Under the pieces are notes generated by a model. That model saw only the letters and a list, made by a program, of their open reading frames with translations, did not search any database and was not told where the DNA came from. Both the position numbers and the translations under genes were made by a program. From Spizellomyces punctatus DAOM BR117 (Eukaryota), in the NCBI GenBank assembly GCA_000182565.2, contig KQ257468.1: a stretch of DNA of 64,000 nucleotides. The stretch is one strand, 5' to 3'. Numbering within the stretch: position 1 is the stretch's first letter; each line of letters starts with the position of its first letter. This document shows, piece by piece, positions 40,901 through 53,600 of this stretch.

Positions 40901-43499
40901 GATAAACCAGAAAGCTTCCGTGATGAATTGCGCGGTATGCTCACGGAAGCCGCCATCGCCAGATACGAAAAGCTGAAGGAGTTGACTACACCCTTTGACA
41001 CGAATGATTTGGAAGCGGTTATTGAGGGAATCAACAAACTAGCGGAGATGGTATCTGAAGAGATCGAAGCTGATGGAAAATGGTATAGAAAACCATTCGA
41101 AAAGTGAGTATCAATTTGAAAAGCCGTCATCGTTTATAGCACTAACGACGTGATTTAGGGAACTGGATATAGTCCGACTAACGGCGGAAAACTATCTCAA
41201 ATACTTTGTACTGACGTTGGAGAGCGCGTCGGAAGACATGGCGTCTGATGTAGCCGTGAAGTCTGCTAGCAAAAGTGTGTTTGAGTTGTACAAACGGGTC
41301 AGAGTCATGGATGAGCGTTACGCCAAAATGGTTCCTGGGTACGTATCTTACAGGACCTGCGATATGGTGATTTCTTGGCAACGTCCAATATTCACGTTTA
41401 CTGTTTTTATCAGACTCAAACGTATGTCGATGAATGCGGGCTTCAATGTTGAGAGATGGTTTGCCCCGTTCGTGCAAAAATGGCTGGAACACCTCAGCGA
41501 TCGCACATTGGAATGGGTTTCTAACGCTGTGAAGGCGGATAACTTTGAGCCTCTTGCGGACGGTGTGGGACAAGGACAACATCATAGTAGCAGTGTGACA
41601 GATCTCTTTTCTGCTGTATACCAGGAACTGGCCTTTATTAATGATCTCGGGTGGAGTGATCGGGTACAGAATGCTGGCTTTATGCAAGGTTTTGCAAAGG
41701 TATGTTCCGTGGCTCTTCATGGTTCCTATACTACAGGCAACTGAGCCTCGTTCTTTTAAAGTCCGTCAGCAAGGCCATTGAGCAGTACTGCGATGCTATT
41801 GCCTTGGGTGAGATTAAGGCCGACTCAGCAGGAACGGCTTGGCAAGGATTGCTTCAGACAGCAGCTAACGTTGGTGCCATCGGCGGCAAATTTGGAGCAA
41901 ATGGACCTCGCGATATTGCCAACGAGGTAAGAATGTCCAGTGTTTTACGTCAGTCTCCACGGCTGCTACTAATCGGTTAAATGTTTGTCCAGTCCTGTGT
42001 AAAGCTCTGTAATATCGAGTATGCAATGTCCAAGCTCGATGATATGTACAGAGTGATGAACGTACAGGAATTGACCAGTATCATACGACGACATCGGGCT
42101 GCGATGGCTGCAGAGAATGGATCATCAGCGGTCTCATCTGAGGATAACGAGATGACCGTTAAGGGTGCATTCAAGATTCAGTTGTCTTACGCAGAGAACC
42201 TGAAGCCGTGCAACAAGAACGGGCTGGCGAATCCGTACTGTATTGTGAGAGTCCCAGACGGTACTGTTGTCCCTGTCGAGGAACCTCCCAGCATGTCACC
42301 ATCTAGTGTGCGTGCTTCATCCACCAGCTCGTCATCAAGGACAAGTACGGGATCAAGCAGCGCGGGACCGACTGTTTTGAACGGCATTCAATGCGAACTG
42401 GCACGTTCCCGCGCAGTTAGTGACACAATCAACCCAACTTGGGATGAAACATTCCAGGTCATCTTGCCACCGGTGACGAAATTAGAAGTTGCTGTTCTTT
42501 CCAAGAACATGCTCACAGCAGATGAGATTGCTGGTAAAGCTGTTGTGGATCTGTCTCGCGGCACGCGGTTGAGGCGTAAGCTTGGTGATCATCAAACGCA
42601 TGATGTATATGTCGAAATGGAGCCACAAGGTCGTGTGCTCGTGCGGTTTACGATGGAGGGCGCGGACGAGGACGTTGATTTCTGGTTTAGGAGGAGCAAA
42701 GAGAAGTTGGGGAGAACCAGGGATGATTTTGTCAGAGCTTTGACTGGAAAGGTGAGCATTGTCCACAAGGGCGACAAACAGGCGTTGAAAAATTCTGACA
42801 AAGTACTTTTACCAGATCATCCCCTACGCAAGAGAAGAGATTTTGAAGATTATCAAATCTCACGAAGCTGCGCCTTTACCTTCCAAATCCTTCTTCTCGT
42901 CCCTCACCACTGCTGTTCAGTATTCTGACAAGACAGCATCCGGTGCATCGATTGACGAGCGCGTCAGTGTCCAAGACGCGGACGCGGCGCTGGAACCTCT
43001 CACAGAGTACCTGAACAAAAACCTCGGTACTTTGGCCGACTATCTCTCGGAGCGCATGGCACAAGAAGTCATCCGACGCTGTTGGGATGAGGTCGTATCC
43101 ATCATTGAATGGTCACTTATCCCTCCACTGTACGGCCCTATTGAGCGGGACCGTCGCGTCCTTAATAGACGTCAAACTAGTATGGCCACATCCATCCTCC
43201 GCATCCTCAAAGAATTCTTTTACGCCGACGGTCAAGGTGTACCCCTTCGTATGCTGGAAACCCGTAAGCACAAATACCTAGAGTCTCTCTTAGACCAGTA
43301 CCACGCCGACATAGGACGGCTGAAACGGGAATATGAGTTGGACTTGTTAAAAGGACGCGACCGAGAAGTCATCCTACGATTGGTCCGAGTCAAGGTTGAG
43401 AAGGAATTAGATGGCACTAGTGCGAATGAAGAGCGGGAAGAGGGCCGCAAGTGGATTGAAACGCAGCTGGCAAGACGGAAGGAATTGGTTAGACGATGA
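37970..43499 (+). CDS. Munc13/Ync13-like protein (disordered/coiled-coil N-terminus, C2, MHD1, C2, MHD2), multi-exon
   Basis: C2A (IVEARGLVAKEGRSRDPYC...TTNPRWNE...VYDR...FLGRVKIP); MHD1 (WFAPFVQKWL...HSSSVTDLF; CVKLCNIEY); C2B (AENLKPCNKNGLANPYC...TINPTWDETF); MHD2 (LEPLTEYLNKNL...FFYADGQGVP). Confidence 0.85.
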
Positions 43500-43791
43500 T
43501 GATGTGCGTGTTGTGAATGGGCAGGAGGGATTTTTGTAATTTTTGTCTTTTTTTTCGTCGCATGTTCTATGTAGTAGTAGTAAGGGCTGGGCCGATTGTA
43601 TTGGATCCAGAATTTATTAGGAGATTCTTATGGTCTACTGTAGCGGTTTATATGTGCTCATTTTATATGGAGCAGTTTTATCATTTTACGATATTCAGTG
43701 GTTGAACTTAGCAATTATCGATTTGGTTGTAGGCCGCAAGCCTTGGTTCTATATAGAAGCATGAATTTTTACCCCTGCAGGGGAAATTACT

Positions 43792-43863
43792 GGTTCCATG
43801 GTGTAGCGGTCAGCACTCAGGACTCTGAATCCTGCGACCCGAGTTCGATTCTCGGTGGGACCT
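43792..43863 (+). tRNA. tRNA-Gln(CTG)
   Basis: GGTTCCATGGTGTAGCGGTCAGCACTCAGGACTCTGAATCCTGCGACCCGAGTTCGATTCTCGGTGGGACCT, with a T-run terminator downstream; 1 nt different from the copy at 37115-37186. Confidence 0.95.
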
Positions 43864-44191
43864 TTGGTATGTTGTGCGCCGTATTTTTTTTGAATGCCTA
43901 AAAGTGATATTCCTCGTTCAGTTTGCCAACGACTTGCGTTTTGTATTGATCCTCCTTGCCTACATTGTGTATAGTGCTAGGGAGCTGGATTGAGCCAGCT
44001 TCGTAGCGTTTGCAAAGGGTGTCGAAGAAAGCCGCGACACGGAGTTACTGCGCTCCCAATTTTCGTGGAGTTTTGAAAGACCCAGTGCGCAGTAGGCAAA
44101 CAGCTTGTTCAACATCATTGCCTTCCACCCAGAGGGAAATCCCCTCTGGTACACCTCCCGCCTCTTTTCCTAGAGCATTCCTTTTAGAGTC

Positions 44192-46651
44192 ATGTCAGAA
44201 CCAGCAGAGCAACTAGAGCAGCTGCTCCCCACACCAGCACAAACACCCGTGGGGTCCCCAAATCGACTAGCCAGAGGCGCACAACAACCTTTGGATTCAA
44301 ACAGAGTATCACTCTATTGCACTTGGTGCTTGCGCATAGCAGTTGTGCTTACTTTTGGGAGCTTGTTAGTACGGTTATTTCAAGTTGGGTTTGGCAAGTA
44401 CTCACTGCTGCTTGGTACATGCGTCGGTTGTTATGGCCTTCGAACTCATTCTTTTGACAATGCAGTTGGTAGATATCGAGGCTCGTGCGACCCAGCGTTG
44501 GCCGACGGTCATTGGGAAGGATCGCCATCACCTAAAGCAACATGGCTCCCCAATTCATGTTACCTGCATCCGTATACTCGAAAAGAAACCACCACATGCC
44601 TTGCGAATTCACGAGTCGTCTTTGCGGGTGACTCGACGGCTCGGGATGTGTTCAATGCTTTGCGAGAGAAGATTGGGGCTGATATAGAACAACCTGACAA
44701 GCACGCGGATGTGTTTGTTAAAACCAAGGAAAATATCGAAATGCAGTTTTACTGGGACCCTTTTTGGAACCGGACCGATGTGTTGAGCAAAGAGCAGCAT
44801 TATGGTGGACGCAACGAAGGTGGATACGAGCATGTGAATGCCTTGATGGTTTTCTCGGCTGGACACTGGTTCATGAAGCATATGGGAGAAAGTGGGTACG
44901 GCCAATTTGGACACGCTTTGGACGAAATCTTGGATATGGTGGCGTCCCGGGGACATGAAAAAGGAGCCATTGCGGACATGGTTGTCGTGCGACCTGTGAA
45001 TCCCGTCATTCCCGCTAAACTGATTCCAACTCGGCGAGCGATCTCAAGGAGCAAGGTGGATGCTTACAATGCCTATCTACGGAAAGTGATTGGACAACCA
45101 CGGGTGATCGAGGATATACATGTCCCGGAGTACGTGGAAGCGCTATACAGGACAGCGGCACAGCATACCGCGGATGGACTACATTATGATAAGAGGGTGC
45201 TGTTGAGCGAGGTGGAAATGTATCTTAATAGGCGATGCAATCCCATTTTGTTTGCCAAAAGCCCGGCGGGGAAGGCGACGTGCTGTGTAAACTACGCCAG
45301 CATTGGACGGAGGCAATGGGCCACTGTTTTGGGCCTCGGCTTTGTGGGGTGTTTAGGATGGGCTTGGCGCTCCTTTGGGTCAGCGAGTCAGGGAGATCGG
45401 TCCCGTTTGAAAAGACTGATGGAGGTGGGCTTACCAAGTGTGGATCTGTCCAAGGATTTGGCAATCCTGGCGTTGGGTCTCCTATACATGCTCATCGTCG
45501 ACCGAACCGCCTATCTCCCCAAAATCAACAAATTCTTTTCCATGCCCGCCTTTACGTTCCTCACCCTCCTCTACCTCGTCCCTGGATTCCTTTCTCTCAC
45601 ACCCCGAAAGGACACAACCTTCCTCTCCCGCTATCAAACCGATGAGTGGAAAGGGTGGATGCAACTCGCTATCCTCATCTACCACTACACAGGCGCGAGT
45701 TCGCAACCCGTTATTTACGCCTTTATCCGGTGCTGCGTAGCTGGATATCTCTTTATGACCGGATACGGTCACTTTATCTATTTTTACACCAAAGCAGAGT
45801 TTGGAATTAAACGGGTTGTTAATGTCATCTTGCGATTGAATCTATTGAGCGCATTAATGGCGTATACGATGGACAAGGACGTTTTATTTTATTACTTTGG
45901 ACCAATGGTGTCGGTGTGGTTTGGTGTTGTCTACCTTACGATGAGGATTGGACGGGCATGGAACAATCGTCCCGGGTTTGTCCTGGGCAAGATTTGCGCA
46001 TCCGGCGTGCTGTGTGCGATTTTGATGCAGGAATGGTTTTTTCAACCTTTCTTTAGTGTTCTTGGTGCCGCAACGGGTGTCGAGTGGGACGCGCGGGAGA
46101 GCGTGTTCCGTTTGGCCTTGGATCGGTGGATTGTCTTTGTGGGGATGGGTGTGGGTTTATGTGTTCGTTATTTTAAAAGTGGTGCCGTGGACGTGGCGAG
46201 GTACCGGACACATGCCATCTGGATATCTGTTGCTGCTCTGGCCGCCTACACCCTATTTGTCGCTTTCCTTCAGTCGAAATTCGTCTATAACAGCTACCAC
46301 CCTTACGTGTCCCCTATCCCCGTGGTAGCTTACACGATCCTCCGAAACAGCCCCATCCTTGCTTTGAGAACCAGTGCCTTTTTTGAATGGATCGGCAAGT
46401 TCTCGCTCGAACTCTTTTTGGTTCAGTACCATGTTTGGTTGGGGGTGGATACAAAGGGACTTGTGGGACTTGGATGGGGTGGGAAATGGACAGGGTTCCT
46501 TGTTCTGGGGGTGGTGTTTTTTGGGGTAGCATACACTTTGGAGGGGATTTCTGGGAGGCTGGTCAAGGCTTTGGCGACGGGAAACTGGACAAGCGCTTTG
46601 GGGAGAACCGCGCTGGCATTGGGGGTTATGATTTTGATGAACTGGACTTGA
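44192..46651 (+). CDS. CAS1: Cas1p/CASD1-type polysaccharide O-acetyltransferase (SGNH/PC-esterase domain + multi-TM Cas1 domain)
   Basis: Single 819-aa ORF: FAGDSTAR (GDS), DGLH, FLSRYQTDEWKGWMQLAILIYHY, YLFMTGYGH, YYFGPMVS, GKFSLELFLVQYHVWL. Confidence 0.92.
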   Translation: MSEPAEQLEQLLPTPAQTPVGSPNRLARGAQQPLDSNRVSLYCTWCLRIAVVLTFGSLLVRLFQVGFGKYSLLLGTCVGCYGLRTHSFDNAVGRYRGSCDPALADGHWEGSPSPKATWLPNSCYLHPYTRKETTTCLANSRVVFAGDSTARDVFNALREKIGADIEQPDKHADVFVKTKENIEMQFYWDPFWNRTDVLSKEQHYGGRNEGGYEHVNALMVFSAGHWFMKHMGESGYGQFGHALDEILDMVASRGHEKGAIADMVVVRPVNPVIPAKLIPTRRAISRSKVDAYNAYLRKVIGQPRVIEDIHVPEYVEALYRTAAQHTADGLHYDKRVLLSEVEMYLNRRCNPILFAKSPAGKATCCVNYASIGRRQWATVLGLGFVGCLGWAWRSFGSASQGDRSRLKRLMEVGLPSVDLSKDLAILALGLLYMLIVDRTAYLPKINKFFSMPAFTFLTLLYLVPGFLSLTPRKDTTFLSRYQTDEWKGWMQLAILIYHYTGASSQPVIYAFIRCCVAGYLFMTGYGHFIYFYTKAEFGIKRVVNVILRLNLLSALMAYTMDKDVLFYYFGPMVSVWFGVVYLTMRIGRAWNNRPGFVLGKICASGVLCAILMQEWFFQPFFSVLGAATGVEWDARESVFRLALDRWIVFVGMGVGLCVRYFKSGAVDVARYRTHAIWISVAALAAYTLFVAFLQSKFVYNSYHPYVSPIPVVAYTILRNSPILALRTSAFFEWIGKFSLELFLVQYHVWLGVDTKGLVGLGWGGKWTGFLVLGVVFFGVAYTLEGISGRLVKALATGNWTSALGRTALALGVMILMNWT

Positions 46652-47550
46652 TGAATGTTGCGTAGACTAGATATGGGATTGTAGCTTAATTTAGTGTAGA
46701 GGTGACAGAAACTGGCACTAGCTACTACACCAGGGGATAGACTGGCGACAACCCGGTTCGGAAAAGCCAAGTAATTCCCTCCTTACAACCAACCAACTAC
46801 TACTAGGCCCAATGACACATGCAATACATAATGGTTGTTCTAACCGGGTAACTAAGCCCACCACACGAGAGAAATCCTACTAAGCCCTTGATTCCGAAAT
46901 TCTTTAGTCGGAGGATGTTCAGATACTAAGGTAGATCAGAATTAGACTGGGAATACACATGGGAAAATACAAAGATAATGCATACCTGCAATCGTTGCAG
47001 CATAGTAGTAGCAGCATTTACAAGGGGTTATGTTGTATTTGTCAGGAGGGCGAGGTCCTCGGCACCAGAGTGGCATTCTCATGGTGGACTGAGATGTGTT
47101 GGGCAGATGCTTGTGTCGAGGGATAAAGAAACAAGAGGGAAGAGGGACAAGGGGGGGTTTATATAGAAAACTGAGTGGATATATTGAGTCATGGGAGCGT
47201 CATGCAGGTGGCAACTGCAGAATATTCCTCTCATAGATGGCTGCAAGGGATAGTAATTGCACCATTCATGGCTGCACATATTGGACCCATTTTTCATGAT
47301 GGAGCATCTCTGTGGGCATAGTTCATTTACCTAAATCGAGGGAGGCATCTTGCATTTCATCTCATTCGATCCAGATAGATGCAGTCTGTCACAGTCTTTT
47401 ACACACACGATGTATTTACGAACTGGACATTTACTGATTAATAAGTAACTGAGATGAAATTGATCATGGCCCCAAAGGGCCGAAATCAATCTTAATGATA
47501 CCAGATCCGATGCAAACGATATCACAATCCATCTTCAACAGATTTTCAAC

Positions 47551-48356
47551 ATGCTCCGCACACACCCGCCTCAGGATATTGTCGTCACCTACGGTCCGGG
47601 CCACTTGAACTCCAAATATATACCAGATGATCCTCAGCACGAATCAGTCTATCGAATGGTTCAAGAAGATATCCCTGAACCACTCTTCAAGTCCAAATAT
47701 AATGGAAAGATTTTGAAGTCCGCTGGTATGTTAGGACTTTGTGGGTAACATATTTGTGATCGCTAAAGATTTGAGATATAGAATCGTTTCCGCGACTGGC
47801 AACGGACAGTGGGGAATGTCCGAATGTGCCTAAAACGGTGCCGGTGACCTCCACCGGTTTGTACATTACACCTGGCAGCAAAAGTGGACTAAATGAGAGG
47901 CAGAAACCTGTGGGTAGCCCTGGGACGAATGCGGTTAAGAGTGAGAGTCATTCGAGGTTTTGGCCAAGTTCGTGATGTTATATCTTTACGATTTTGTACA
48001 TAGAATCTAAGATCCCGACCCGCACCCTCGATCGCAGCACGCCCACAAACCCAAACCCACGCAGCGCCCCCGCAAACTCAAACCCACGCAGCATCTCGGC
48101 GAACACAACTCCACGCCGGACACCCATCCAAAATAAAGCACGCACAACACCACCCCGCAAAACACCTCTCCAATCTCGTACTCCAATCAAATCACTTCCC
48201 AAAAAGCCACCCACTCCACCACCCGCCTCTCCACTGGAGCTCTTGAAAAGACGACACAAGAAGCTCGAAGGATTGTATATGAAGCTGCCCATTGCGAGCG
48301 ATGTGCCCTCTGCGATCCGGAGGTTCGTATCTGTTAGCATTTCAGCCTATCCCTAA
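47551..48356 (+). CDS. Hypothetical low-complexity P/T/R/K-rich protein, probably 3 exons
   Basis: In-frame splice model 47551-47725, 47782-47940, 48004-48356 with GT-AG sites; no recognisable domain. Confidence 0.4.
48033..48120 (+). repeat. Imperfect 27-bp tandem repeat, ~3 copies
   Basis: cgcagcacgcccacaaacccaaaccca / cgcagcgcccccgcaaactcaaaccca / cgcagcatctcggcgaacacaactcca (RS-x-P-x-N-x-N-P). Confidence 0.75.
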
Positions 48357-50698
48357 CCCCAAATCTAATTCTAAATTGATATAGGAAAGTGGGGTTGGAA
48401 AAGGAGCTTGAGGAGCTTGAACGAGAGATCGCGAGATTGAACATGGTGCAGTGATTGGAACGGTTCCCTTGGACGTGATCAAGGTTCGGCGTGTTTGCTC
48501 ACATGTGGGCGTTGTACGTTCCGTGAAGTCGTGACAGGCTTGGGTCCGGAACAAGATGACAATAGTAAATAATAATCATTTTATTTATCGTCGTCATTCC
48601 CTCTAAGATAAAATGTATGCAACATGCATTCTATTGTAAATATGGATGTTCGGTGTCATTCTGTCAATTAGTGCATATATGCAATAATCTGGACGTTATT
48701 CTATCCTCTATTCTCTACATGATCAGGACACTGTGATCTGACAAGTTCTCTAAGCCATGGTTGTGATGTTGGGCAGGAAACTTGTGTGGGGTTGGTGGAG
48801 GTTGCGTGCCAGATGGTGCAGTCCTGTGATCATGCGTAGAAGGCGGGTGGTACGTGGGATGGCTTGGGACATGATAGGAATGAGTAGTCACATCAGGAGA
48901 AGGCCCGTACATTACAACCTCCTTGCATGTATTCTCTTCATGATTTGACGTAGGAAGGTCAACGCCTTTGGGTGCAGGTGAACCCATGATTCGCGGACGG
49001 AAATACTTTGGATATCGTCGCACGAGGGTAAGGAAGACGTCTAGGGCACCTTCACCCAAGAAGAGGAATTGAAGGACGATCCAGCGGAGTGCTGGAGAGG
49101 ATATCGTTTCTGTCGCAAAGTCTAAAGACCCTGGTCAATGACCGGCTCGCCAGCGTATATCAGGAAAGGACATACCAACGTTCCCGACTCGTCTTAGCCC
49201 AGCCATCAATGATGCAAGAAGGAGGCAATCGACAAAAGCTGGAATAAGCCGAGGCATGACTGGCAGAAGGGCTTTGATGACTGCTTGAACGTCTGATAGC
49301 ATGAACTCTCTCAGCGACAAAGAATGGGACACTACGAATGAGTTGAGCAGAGGAACGAGTTTTTATCCGCCTATACATGACGCCAAAACCATGTAGCTCA
49401 CTGCCGATACTCAAGGAAACAAATTGAAACGCCTCCACTTTTACCGCTAGGGACGAGAGTGTGCAAAAAACCTGCAGCTTTTGACGCGTTGAAAGCTGAT
49501 TACGTACGCAGTGTTCTCCACCAAATTCATCTTAAGACCACTAACGATACCCACTACTATTTCGACTTTGGACGGCAGGCCGTTGCCACCGGCCACTTGC
49601 ATTGGAAGGTTGGAGTGCAAAATAAAGGAAATTGAGAGTGGAGGTCCCAAGAGACGGAATCTGGGAATAGAACAGTAGTTGGCTCTTTTTTCGTCGATGG
49701 GCTTCCCGTTTTTTTTTTTTTTTTTGATGCTTTCCGGGGTTAGGCCCAGGGTTTAATTGAAAACATACAGTGTTCTGAGCTGGTATGTCACAGCACCACA
49801 CTTGCTCAGGTTCAAATCGACGACCGTCAATAGAAACGGGAATACCCTGGCCATCCCGCACATTGTTTGGAGCTGTAGTCAAGTTGCATGCAAAGATCCA
49901 CTCTATCAAGGTGAACAACTTTTTCTGTAGATATTTTAAGCGCATTCCTAGCGTAGATGGACACCCGTCCCAATTTTTTAATGGTGTACAGTACATGGAA
50001 AAGAAGATGCACGAGTGAATCTGGCATCAAGGCAATATGCTTACAGCACGTACAGCAGGCTAAAAGCGAGGGTTAGACTTACCAAGTGATTAGCGTCGCC
50101 GCTTTAGTATGCTCCCATCTCTGAGTACAACCTCAGAGTACAACTTTTGGCGCTGAACGAGTTGAGCATGGATGTGTGTAATGAAGGACCGACATGCAGG
50201 CGTTTAAAGACTATGCCAGAGTTTGAGCACCTGCCCTTTGTTATTTTGGGCATTTTCAATGATGCTGCAACCCATAACATTTCACAAGAGAATCCTTGAC
50301 GATGAAATGCAATGGTCGTTTTGTTTATACTTGTACGATCACGTGGATTCTTGTCGCCAAATGGAACACCTTCCGAGTGTAGGATCGACACTCCGCTTCT
50401 GCGTAACCAGTTCTTTCTTTGCAGGATACCCGCCAGACTAGAGACATTTTCGGTTCGCTACTTTGCGTCCGCAAGCGTCTGGCTAGGCAAAACCGAGTCT
50501 GGACAGACTTTACCAAGTTGTTTGACGAGGCGGAGTTTGTAACCTGAAGTGATGACTGGTAAGCCGCCGAAGCGCCTCCGTATGCAACCATTGTTCTGAC
50601 AGAATGGTCGCCTGGTAGAGGGAGCACTCCGCAAGCCAAGTTACAAGCATAGACCGTTCAATGCAGTCACATCTCGCAACTCAACAACGCTCTGAACC

Positions 50699-53600
50699 AT
50701 GACCACACAGCATGTTTCCGCCACGACCTACACACACCGCCCTACCCGGGCTCAAAGTACATTACCCCCGCTCCCAACCAAGAAACAACAGCGCTCCCAC
50801 TCCGTTATTATACCCCTCGCGCTCTGTGTAGCCATACCTTACCTTCGGAGGATGCCGCTAAAGGGACGCATGGAAGGCTGGCAGTTTTTCCTGGTGTTGC
50901 TTGCTGTGGCTTTCGTTGGGGGCGCTTGGAGTTGGGGGTTTGGGTGGAGGAAGGGCGAGGGGATGGAGATAAAAGACGGGAAAGAGGGGGAAAGTGAGGA
51001 TGAGAGGAAGCCGTTGTTGGAAGAGGAAGAAGAAATTGTGAAGCCGAGCGGGAAGGCGCCGGGAGGGGATGAGGATAAGGCTGAGAGATGCTCCAACCTT
51101 GATTCCTCGCTTTGCCCAAGTTCAGAAGCAGACATAATTACACCGACACCTCTTTCTAAATCTATGACAGATGCGACCATCGAGGAGCATCTGCAACAAG
51201 GCAACATAGCTTCCGTCATCAGCAATGTGTCAACCATTAACGAGGACAAGATTGTAGAGAAACCTCGTGCTGGAAACGAGTTTGCTTTAGAAGGTAGAAC
51301 CAAACCCCTCAATATTCTCTCTACTTGGGGTTTTAATCGTGCTGTTGGTTACCAATCTAGGACCCACATTTTCGATGGGGCGCAAGTTAGAACAGGTTCC
51401 ACCTGCGTTGGACCGAACTGAAAGTTTCTCTGACGACTTTTGGAAGTCGGTTGGTCTCGAGACGACACCACCTACAGAAGATCGTGTCCATGATTTAGAG
51501 GTAGAGATAGAAAAGGAGAGTGAGGTGGTGAAACCTCCTGAAGAACGTGTCCCTATTGATGATGACCAGTCGGATCAAGCTTCCTCTGTAGAGCAGAAAT
51601 CTGATGAGGATCTTGGAGATGATACCACGGAACAGATGGTTCCGACCACTCCGCGCCGATCAAGTTACCGTCCACTACCACCTTTACCACCAGATACCCC
51701 TTTGTCACATGAAAACGCACCAAAGGTCGAGCGTGACCCAAATAGTGATCGACGTCCCAGTCGCGGACATCGTAAAGAACTGCCGTCACCCCCGACTGGT
51801 CCCACCCCAACGGCGTCTCATACTGACCTCACATCTGACACCACCCCTCCCCTCCTCCCCACATTCTTGGACCTCCACAATCAAAACCTACCGGCCCTTC
51901 CACCGCTCTCTCAAGCCCACTGCAGAGCCCTTACCCGTCTGATTGTAAACCATAATCGTCTGACACAACTCCCAGACGCGGCTCTGGAACTCATGTCCGG
52001 TCTCCGCGTCCTCGATGTATCGGATAATGCGCTTGGGAATGTGCCTTCTGGATTGCGGTTCTGTAGAGAGCTAAGGGAGGTTTATTTGAGTGGAAATGGG
52101 ATTGAGAGGATTGGGCCTGGGGACTTGGACGGATGTGTCGGGGTGGAGGTGTTGGGGTTGGCGCGAAATGGTCTTTTTGAGATCGGTAAGTTGAATGAGC
52201 ATGTGATGAATGGCCGTGTGGTGGGGTTTGGAACTTAAAAGCTTTCACTTTTGCCAGCACCAAATGCATTTAAAAATCATGTGAATCTCCGCTTCCTGGA
52301 TATATCCTTTAACCGTCTCCGCACCTTTCCCGCCTCGCTCGGCCTACACTCCTCTACTCTTCAAAAGCTCGTGTTAGACGACAATCCCATCGAAACAAGC
52401 CTCTTCCCCCTCATCCAACCCCTCCTCACCATCAATCCCTCATCCCAACCGCGGCCACCCCTCCGCGCCCGTCAAAGTTCAGGGAATTTCAAGGCACTTC
52501 TGTCCAGCATGGGACGAAAGCGAGAGGGGTCTGTTGGGTCTTTTGAGGAGAGTGTTGAGGAGGAGGAAGGTGATGGGCGAAGTATGACGAGCTTTGATAG
52601 TGGAGTAGCGGATTTGAGGGGAAGTTTGGTGAGGAGTCGAACGGCGATTGACGAAGGTAGGTCAGCGAGTTTGATGAGGCTCTTGACTATATTGTTGACT
52701 CTGGTCATATAGATTTCCGCACGCCCGAAATTGTTCCACGATCGTCTGTTAGCGAAACTAATGTCTTGGCTGCAGCCGGCCGTTCCAACAGCATTGCATC
52801 CCGAATTGCTTTGCGCCGCCTTCTGAATTATCTCCGGGACGTATGGGACATTAGCCTTGCCGAACAAGCGTCCCGCAAACTTCTCGCCACGACGGTCGCG
52901 TCCCCAGTGACGGAAGTGGAACGGTGCCTTGTCCCCGACGAATATGAGGAGGAGGATGAGGAGGACAATGATTCGACACGGACTCCTGGCTCCGAGTCAC
53001 CTCCTTCAGATTCACCCCCTGTGCAAAAGAAGGCTTACTCTCCTGAGCGACGACGGCAAATTGCGAATGAGATTTTGTCGACAGAAAGGACATATGTGAA
53101 GGAATTGCAGGGACTGGTGGATGTTTATGTTGGGCCGTTGAGGGAGGAGGGAGTATTTGGAGAGCGGGAGTTGGGCGTTGTGTTTGGGAACGTGGAAAAG
53201 CTCTTGGAGTTTCACAAGAGGTGAGTAGTCTGGGTTGAACGGTTGGTTAGTTAGAATGAGGACTGACCGCGTACATCTCCTATAGTCACCTATTACCAGA
53301 CTTTATCGCCAAAGCAGCTGACTCTACTCAACCGCTGGGCTCTGCGTTCCTGACCATGGGCCCTTACCTAAAAGCCTATCAGTCCTACTACAACAATTAT
53401 GACTCTGCCAATGCATTTATCACCCATCTGGACGCTCTCAGTTCTTCATCTTCTTCGATAACATTGACTCAAGCACCAACACCGGCACCCCCTAAGCCGG
53501 CGGCGACAAGCGAAAAACCCAAACACGTCTCAAAACGATACAGACTCTTTTGCCAAAAAGCGAAAACAAGTCCTGCGCACGGTCCGCATCTCAACCTCCA

